DNA of 43,864 nt, from positions 871,029-914,892 of the forward strand of contig NC_057758.1 of NCBI RefSeq assembly GCF_004010195.1. The letters are read 5' to 3'. Source of the DNA: Chiloscyllium plagiosum (taxonomy: Eukaryota). Each line of letters starts with the position of its first letter. Position 1 is the stretch's first letter. Position numbers and translations under genes: made by a program. Below, piece after piece: positions 35,602 through 43,864 of this stretch. The notes below the pieces were generated by a model that ran no database searches, was not told where the DNA came from, and was given only the letters and a program-made list of their open reading frames with translations.

Positions 35602-38600
35602 TGTGGAGCATCTACGATGCTGAGGAGGTCGTGGATAGCACGTTTAGTGAACTGGTCACACCGCAGATTAGAATTACTGAGGGAAACAGTGAATGGGTGA
35701 CCAAAAGGCAGAGAAAGAGTAGGAAGGCAGTGCAGGTATCCCCTGTGGTCATCTCCCTCCAAGACAGGTATACCGTTTTGGATACCATTGGGGGAGATGA
35801 CTCACCAGGAGAGGGCAGCAGTTGCCAAGATCGTGGCACTGTGCAGGCACTACTGTTCAGAAGGGAGGGAAAAAGACTCGTAGGGCCATAGTCATAGGGA
35901 ATTCTATTGTAAGGGGAGGAGATAGGCGGTTCTGTGGCAGAAAACGAGACTCTCGGCATTGTAAGTTGCCTGCAAGGTGCTCGGGTCAGGGATGTCATCG
36001 ATTGGCTATAGAGCATTCTAAAAGGGAAGAATGAACAGATAGTTGATTGTTGCATATCGGCCCTATCGATGTAAGTAAAATAAAAACGAGATGAGGACCT
36101 GAAAGCAGAATTCAGGAATATAGGAGAGAACTTAAAAAAAGAGGATATCAAATGTAGTGATCTCGGGATTACTAACAGTGTCACGTACTAGCCAGCGTTG
36201 AAATGAAAGAATAGGCAGGATGAACACGTGGCTTGAGGAATGGTGTAGGAGGGAGGGATTCAAACTTGTTGGACATTGGGACGGTGCTGGGGAAGGTGGG
36301 ACTATTACAAATTGGAAGGCCTACACCTGAACAAGACTGGAACCTATATCCTTGGGGGAGGTTTTCCCACTGTTGTTGGGGAGATTTTAAACTAATGTGT
36401 CAGAGGGCTGGGAAACAGAAGAGAAGACATGTAGACAGCGAGGTGGAAACTGGAGAATGCAAGGATCATGAATTTAGCATAAATAAGCTGAAAAGTAGGC
36501 AGAGCACAGATGAATGCAAAAGAACTAGTTGCCTGAAGTGCATATATTTTAATGCAAGGAGTATAGTGTGTAAGGCAGATGAACGTAGAGCTTGGATTGG
36601 TGCCTGGGAGTATGACATTATTGCAGTGACAGGGATTTTTTGAAGGAAAGACATGATTGGCAACTAAATGTTCCAGGATATAGACACTTCAGACAGGACA
36701 GGGAGGAGGGGGGAGGAGTTGCTTTGCTGGTCATGGATGATATCATGGCTGTGCGAAAGGTGGACATATTGGAGGGCTTGCGTAGTGAGGCATTATGGGT
36801 GGAGCTGAAAAATAAGGGTGCAGTTACATTGTTAGGGCTGTATTACAGGCCTCCCAACGGTGAGTGTGAGATAGGAGAACAAATAGGTAAACAGATTGTG
36901 GAAAGATAGAGAGGGAGCAAGGTGGTGGTGATGGGAGATCTTAATTTCCCAAATTGCCGAGGATACACTTAGTGGCAGAGATCCGGATGGGACAGAAATT
37001 TTAAGAAGGGTCCAGGATTGGAAGTGGCCATATTGGATCTGGTGTTGGGGAATGAGCCAGGCCAGGTGGTAGAAGTTGCGATGGGGGATTTCTTTTGGAA
37101 CAGTGACCACAATTTTGTAAGTTTTAGAATCCTTGTAGAAAAAGATGAGAGTGGTCCTAAGGAAAGAGGACTGAACTGGGTCAAGGCCAATTATATCAAA
37201 ATTAGGCAGGAGCTGGGAAATGTGGATTGGACACAGATATTTGAAGGTAAGTCCACATTTGATACGTGGGATGCTTTCACAGATAGGTTCACAATAGAGC
37301 AGATTGGCATGTCATATTGAAAGCAAAGGATAGGAAAGTAAGGATTCGTGAACTGTGGATGACAGCAGAAATCGTCCAATTAGCCAAGAGGAAAAGGGAA
37401 GTGTGCATAAGGTTCAGGCAGCTCAGAACAGAACGGGCCCTGGGGGAATGTCTGGACAGTAGGACCAGTCTTAAACGAAGAATCAAGCGGGCTAAAAGGG
37501 GTCAGGAAATAACTTTGGCAAGCAGAATTAAGGAGAATACCAAAGTAGTTTATTCTTATATAAGAAGCAAACCGGTAAATAAAGAAAGGATTAGTCCACT
37601 GAAGGAAGAGGGAGGAAGGCTGTATTTGAACCTGAGAAAATAGGTGAGATTCTGAATGATTAATTTGTATCAGTGTTCACTGAGGAGAGAACATGATGAA
37701 TGCTGAAATTTGAGATGCAAGTTTGATTTCTCTGGAACACGTTGACATTGGTTGGCAAAATGTGTTGGGTAGGCTAGAGGATATTAAGGTGGACAAATCC
37801 TCAGGACTGGATTGGAAGTATCCCATGTTGCTGAAGGAGGCGGGAGAAGATATCTTTGCCGCACCTTAAACGCAGGTGAGGTGCTGGAGGACTGGATGCC
37901 GGCTCACGTTGTCCCCCTGCACAAGAAGGGTAATAGTGATATTCCGGGTAACTACAGACCAGTGAGCCTGATGTCAGTGGTGGGTAAATTGCTGGAGGAA
38001 GTACTGAGGGATAAAGTCTATTTATATTTGGAATGTAATATGAGGAACGGCTGAGGATACTGGGATTGTATTCGTTGGAGTTTAGAAGATTAAGGGGAGA
38101 CTTAATAGAGACGTACAAAATAATACATGGCTTGGAAAAGGTAGATGCTAGGAAATTGTTTCAGTTAAACGAGGAGACTAGGACCCGTGGACACAGCCTT
38201 AGAATTAGAGGGGGTCATTTCAGAACAGAAATGCGGAGACATTTCTTCAGCCAGAGAGTGGTGGGCCTGTGGAATTCATTGCCACGGAGTGCAGTGGAAG
38301 CCGGGACGCTAAATGTCTTCAAGGCCGAGATTGATAGATTCTTGTTGTCTCGAGGAATTAAGGGCTACGGGGAGAACGCTGGTAAGTGGAGCTGAAATGC
38401 GCATCAGCCATGATTGAATGGCGGAGTGGACTCGATGGGCCGAATGGCCTTACTTCCACTGCTATGTCTTATGGTCTTATGGTAATGAGCTTATCAGTGA
38501 TAGGCAACATAGTTTTGTGCGGGGGAGATCGTGCCTTCCCAACTTGAAGGAGTTATTTGAGGAAGTGATCACGTTGATGGATGAAGGAAGGGCTGTAGAT

Positions 38601-38735
38601 TTCATGCAAATGGACTTGAGTAAGGCGTTTGATAAGGATCTCCATGTTAAACTAATGGAGACATTGAAGACACATTGTGTGCAGGGTGTTCTTGCCAGGT
38701 GGATAAGGAACTGATTGAGCAACAGGAGTGAAATA
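35602..38735 (+). mobile_element. Long decayed CR1 LINE (ORF1 esterase, APE endonuclease, RT N-terminus)
   Basis: AIVIGNSIVRG (SGNH GDS motif, decayed), LKCIYFNARSI..YDIIAVT, GGGVAL, YYRPP, LDLVL, SDHN, PGNYRPVSL and MDLSKAFDK. Confidence 0.92.
38040..38481 (+). mobile_element. Young CR1 3' fragment nested in CR1
   Basis: Open frame 38066-38395 (RRLRGDLIETYK, TRGHS, FFSQRVVGLWN); (tcttatgg)n tail; GTAAT at 38035-38039 and 38482-38486 as candidate target-site duplication. Confidence 0.92.
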
Positions 38736-39300
38736 TTCAATAACGAGAGGTCACGCTATCAAGGTGAGAAGTGAAACATTTGAGGAGAATACACGCGGCA
38801 AGTACTTCACATAGAGGGTGCCAGAAGAGGTAATAGAGGTAGGCACGGCAGATTCATTGAAGATGCGTCTGGACAGATGCATGAGTAGGTGGGGAGCAGA
38901 GGGAGATAGATGATTATGAATTGGCTGCCAGATTTAGACAGTGTATTTGGATCGGCACAAGCTTGGAGACCTGAATGGCCTGCTCCTGGGCTGTAATTTT
39001 TCTTTATTCATTGTTTAGTATTTGTCGGATGACTTAGGGTCACGATTCCAAGATGGGAAGGGAAAAGCTTTGAGGAGATATGTGTGGCAAGTTTTTTACT
39101 GAGATGGGGTCCTTGGAACGTGTTGCCAGTGGAGATGGTAGAGGAAGGCATGATGTCGTCAATTAAGATATATCCAGACAGATAAATGAATATGCCAGGA
39201 GCAGTGGAGCACAGTTCCTAAGAAAATTAGAGAGAGGTTAAGGTAGAAGATCTGGATCGGCGGAGTTTCGAGGGCAGAAGAGCCTGTTCTTGTGTTAGAA
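38735..39300 (+). mobile_element. Two further CR1 3' fragments
   Basis: 38735-39015 is homologous to 25524-25820; 39030-39300 is an older similar tail. Confidence 0.7.
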
Positions 39301-39319
39301 CTTTCCTTGTAATGTTTTA

Positions 39320-41006
39320 CCCTTGAGAGCAAAAAGACAAAAAAGGAAAGAGAAGCAGTGAGACTGAGATGGAGAGACAGAGAGTGAGAGAGACACATGC
39401 AGGAATTGTGAGTGATCGTGACCTAGAGGGAGACAGAGGAAAGAAAGTGAGGATGTCAGAGAGAACAAGTGAGGAAGATATAGAGAAAGATAGACAGAGA
39501 AAAACGCAAAGGTAGAGAGAGAGAGAGAGGAGAGAAAGAGAAATAGANNNNNNNNNNNNNNNNNNNNNNNNNNNNNNNNNNNNNNNNNNNNNNNNNNNNN
39601 NNNNNNNNNNNNNNNNNNNNNNNNNNNNNNNNNNNNNNNNNNNNNNNNNNNNNNNNNNNNNNNNNNNNNNNNNNNNNNNNNNNNNNNNNNNNNNNNNNNN
39701 NNNNNNNNNNNNNNNNNNNNNNNNNNNNNNNNNNNNNNNNNNNNNNNNNNNNNNNNNNNNNNNNNNNNNNNNNNNNNNNNNNNNNNNNNNNNNNNNNNNN
39801 NNNNNNNNNNNNNNNNNNNNNNNNNNNNNNNNNNNNNNNNNNNNNNNNNNNNNNNNNNNNNNNNNNNNNNNNNNNNNNNNNNNNNNNNNNNNNNNNNNNN
39901 NNNNNNNNNNNNNNNNNNNNNNNNNNNNNNNNNNNNNNNNNNNNNNNNNNNNNNNNNNNNNNNNNNNNNNNNNNNNNNNNNNNNNNNNNNNNNNNNNNNN
40001 NNNNNNNNNNNNNNNNNNNNNNNNNNNNNNNNNNNNNNNNNNNNNNNNNNNNNNNNNNNNNNNNNNNNNNNNNNNNNNNNNNNNNNNNNNNNNNNNNNNN
40101 NNNNNNNNNNNNNNNNNNNNNNNNNNNNNNNNNNNNNNNNNNNNNNNNNNNNNNNNNNNNNNNNNNNNNNNNNNNNNNNNNNNNNNNNNNNNNNNNNNNN
40201 NNNNNNNNNNNNNNNNNNNNNNNNNNNNNNNNNNNNNNNNNNNNNNNNNNNNNNNNNNNNNNNNNNNNNNNNNNNNNNNNNNNNNNNNNNNNNNNNNNNN
40301 NNNNNNNNNNNNNNNNNNNNNNNNNNNNNNNNNNNNNNNNNNNNNNNNNNNNNNNNNNNNNNNNNNNNNNNNNNNNNNNNNNNNNNNNNNNNNNNNNNNN
40401 NNNNNNNNNNNNNNAGAAAGTGTGGAGAGAGACAGAGAGAGTGTGAGTGGGACGGAGGAAGGGACAACACCGAGAGACAAATAGAGCAAAAAAAAAGAGA
40501 GCGGAAGAGAGAGCAGGAGAGACAGAGAAAGACAGCGAGAAAATTAGAGAGAGACATCACAATAAATGTAGAGACAAAGAGACAGAGAGCGGGAGAGGGA
40601 GAAAGATAGAGAGACATATCAAACAAGGGATGAACGTAGAAAGAATGGGAATACGAAGCAAGGAGTGAAAGGTAACAGGGGTTATGGAAAGTGAGAAGAG
40701 AGAAACATAGCGAGACACGCAACAAGATAGAGATGAAGATGGACAAAGTGAGTGGACTAGGAGTGAGACAACAGAGAGATACAGAAATAGAGAAAGAGGG
40801 AAAAAGAGCGAAAAGCAGATATGGACGCAGAGATAAAGATACGGGAAAGCAGAGAGACGCAGTACAGACAGCCAGAATAACAGGTAGAAAGCGCGATATG
40901 GAGAAGCAGTGAGACTGACACAGAGAAAAACCAAGACAGAAAAAAGCACGCAAATAAAAACAGAGAAAAAGACAGAACGAGGGACAGATTGAGAGAGAGA
41001 GACGCT

Positions 41007-41050
<44 letters not shown>
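39320..41050. repeat. GA-rich low-complexity region with (GA)n microsatellite, spanning gap 39548-40414
   Basis: Direct reading. Confidence 0.9.
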
Positions 41051-41553
41051 CTGTTATCTACTATTTTACTCATTATTAATGACAACAAATTGTTTATAGT
41101 TCTGTAAATAAAAATCACAGTCTGCAATAAATAAGCAAATGTATCTACAAGTCTCCTGAACCTGTTCGCAGGCACCCATGCATTTGATTTTCGAGATACG
41201 TTATGTTGTTGTGAACAACACGTGATCCAAACTTTACTCAAAGGTTGGGCATCCATCGCTTCAAAATCTCTTTGCATTGGGAACTACAACTCTTTTATTT
41301 ATCATTTCAATTAATCCTGTAATTGTGTCTATGGCGAAGTGATACGATCAAAGAAGACTCAGCTTATGTTAAATATATCAATCAGGATGGCTTATTGTTT
41401 GTCTTTGCGGTGCTAAAGTTGATTCATTCATGATAAATTGTTTGTGACGATGTTTTATTACTATCGAATATTCATAATGCTTGGTGAGGAAGTATGAGAG
41501 AATTATTAAATCATTGAATATTTTAATTTCACCATGTTGCAAATCCAGTGATA

Positions 41554-41691
41554 ATGAATCGGATTTACCTTGACTTATTGTCCCTGAGTGGGAACACTTT
41601 TAGATGACTACCTCTGGAGTATCGTGATATGGACATTTTAGGTCGGGAATTCGATTAAACGTTTATTCATTTGCGGAAAGTTCTGTCAACA
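41554..41691 (+). pseudogene. Candidate decayed exon 1 of GPR139-like locus C
   Basis: MNRIYLDLLSLSGNTFR*LPLEYR aligns without gaps to MNRRFPSQIAYYIKNQHWMTVYYR of locus B (stop at the Trp position, YR conserved); GTAAGT at 41692. Confidence 0.5.
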
Positions 41692-41743
41692 GTAAGTCAT
41701 GAATACACTGATAGTAAACCCACGTCCAGGCAGATATGCTTTG

Positions 41744-42004
41744 TTAGAATCATAGAATACTTCCACTGTTGAAGCAGACCATTTGGATCATTGAGTCGAC
41801 ACACCGACCATCTGGAGTTCATCCCCATCACACACACCTTCCTACCCTATCTCTACAACCTTGCCTTTTCAATAAATAATCAAAATAAAAGCCTGCACAT
41901 CGTTGGATAATGCAGAGCAATATTGGCGTGGTCAATGTACCCATCCTGCACATCAATGGACTGTGGGAGCTAACCTGAGCACCCGGGGGGAACCCACACA
42001 GACA
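41744..42004 (-). mobile_element. Degenerate HE1-related SINE
   Basis: ggactgtgggag..aacctgagcacccgggggaacccacacagaca resembles the V-domain; tagaatca tail. Confidence 0.65.
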
Positions 42005-42789
42005 AATCCAAGAAGTTTGGATTATTCCTTCTATTTTCTGTCTCTTGCTGTCTTTCCCAGTATTGCAAACATGTTCTGTTCTGGTGCCTGATCCCATATC
42101 AATTTGCACGTAATTCAGAATAAAACGCAAGACCACAGAAATAAGCCGTTTATATGCCGTTTCAATGCAGGAGACCATTGCAGATCGGATCTTTACACTT
42201 ACATTTCTTTGCAATTGAGTTCAGAAGCACAAACATTCATAAGCTGAACATACATGATTCGGCTAGCTACTGTATTGAAATTTTCTGCTGTTCCGCATTC
42301 AGTTACAGATCTTCATAGCTAATGACACCACGGCGTTGAGCAGCTCAAAATCTAACTAAAGCCCCGTCGCCATTAAACCTTCCAATCACGACCATCTCTG
42401 TTTTAAGATTCTCTTTGATGTGATTGCGTCTAGTGATGACATTTGCCATCCAATTATTTATATTAATAAGACATCAGGGCAGAATAAATCCGTTCAGCCC
42501 ACTGGGTCTTCTCTACCATTCAGTGAGACTGTGATTGATCTGATCATTGTAAACTCCACTAGCCCGCCATTTCCCCATAGGCCTTGATTCATTTCCTGAT
42601 CAAAGCAGTGTCTATCTTGAGATTGAATATACTTGGCAACTAAACCTTCATGCACACTTGTCATGAAATACCATTTTACTCAGATCTGGATGCAAAAACA
42701 CATCTGAAAATCTTAACAATTTCTCAACAACATCTATTACTTTACACAGTCTGATGTGTAATGTCAAAGCGTATTTCTGTTGCCCACGG

Positions 42790-43500
42790 TTAGTTTAATA
42801 ATGGTTTGTTTTTTTGTTTCACAATAAATCTTGTCTCTCAAAGTGCGTCATTTGTTATCTGATGCCAATGGCAGCCACGGATCAACTGATCATTGTCCTC
42901 AAACTGTTTATGGGACACGTTGTAATTTTTTATCGTTTGGCTGGTAACACATTTATTTAATCAAGTTCCTCCCAGTGTTTTACATTAATACTGCCCTGCT
43001 TTATGCAGTCACTGACTGCATTATGTGTTTCAACATCACCTTCACATTTATTTGATTTTTGGCCATTCGTTACACGAAGCTGAAATGTCAATATTGCAGT
43101 GAACAAACAGTGGCTTCGTCTCTGGGAACACTAGTTTCCTTGAACTGTTAAAGCAACATTCGCTGGCATTTTATGTTAATGGATTGCGATCGGTTGCAGA
43201 ATCTCCCGTGCTTTTGTAAATTAGCATTCATCACCATTGACTCTCCATTCTGAGACACAATCAACCTCTTCCACCACATTCTAAATATATTCGCCCATTC
43301 TTCCTGATTCTGCTGCCCAAGCATTCACTGTGAGGCAAATTTTAGAGACTAATTGAGCCCGCAGCAGATTGTTGTCTCAAAGCTATGGGTAGAGGGCCAG
43401 GAACACAGAGTTTCAGAATCGAAGGAAAACGATATGTTTGCTGTTGTGATCTCAGCCAATTTCATGTTTCTTTTTTGAGTCATAGAGTACATGGTACTGT
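42790..43500 (+). pseudogene. GPR139-like GPCR locus C, exon 2, heavily decayed and truncated in TM6
   Basis: CLSKCVICYLMPMAATDQLIIVL, LLYAVTDCIMCFNITFTFI*FLAI, KLKCQYCSEQTVASSLGT, NIRWHFML and VISANFM align to locus B. Multiple stops and frameshifts; expected acceptor reads GG at 42788-42789. Confidence 0.88.
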
Positions 43501-43503
43501 ACA

Positions 43504-43864
43504 GGGAATGGCACCACACATTGGCAGTGCAATATTCCTCCTGCAACATGTATGAGGTGAGGGATGCCATCGACGTCCCTGCCGATTACACTTGCAGGAA
43601 GTGCACCCATCTCCAGCTCCTCCAAGACCGTGTTAGGGAACTGGAGCTGGAGTTGGATGAACTTCGGATCATTCGGGAGGCAGAGGGGGTCATAGATCAG
43701 AGTTATAGGGAAGTAGTAACTCCAAAGATGGCAGATAGATGGATGACAGTGAGGGGGACTGGGAGGAAGCAGCCAGTGCAGGGACCCCCTGCGGCCGTTC
43801 CCCTAAAGAACAAATATACCGTTTTGGATACTTGTGGGGGGGATGACTTACCAGGGGAAAGTAA
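43504..43864 (+). mobile_element. CR1 LINE ORF1 N-terminus (zinc finger/leucine zipper), continues beyond window
   Basis: Open frame AVQYSSCNMYEV…YTCRKCTHLQLLQDRVRELELELDELRIIREAE…YTVLDTCGGDDLPGE, homologous to 35631-35820 (YTVLDTIGGDDSPGE). Confidence 0.85.

Noticed and set aside
39295..41277. 660-aa minus-strand ORF rich in L/S/F/C
   Set aside because: Artefact of a CT-rich low-complexity strand plus an N gap; no domain signal.

Overview
Eukaryotic, repeat-dense genomic DNA, almost certainly from a cartilaginous fish (shark): it carries HE1-type tRNA-derived SINEs and CR1 LINEs, and has four N gaps. The non-repeat content is a head-to-tail (+ strand) cluster of two-exon class A GPCR genes of the GPR139/GPR142-like family. 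Locus A is a pseudogene (exon 1 at 363-433, exon 2 at 4384-5214) whose intron and exon 2 recur as a tandem copy (exon 2 at 8548-9445). Locus B appears intact (exon 1 at 24282-24462; exon 2 starts inside a gap and runs to 31326). Locus C is heavily decayed (about 41554-43500) and is cut by a CR1 insertion. The rest is layered CR1, HE1 SINE, Penelope-like and Gypsy debris plus microsatellites. Several Penelope-type tails retain hammerhead-ribozyme-like cores. All family calls come from motif recognition by eye; no database search was run, and repeat boundaries are approximate.
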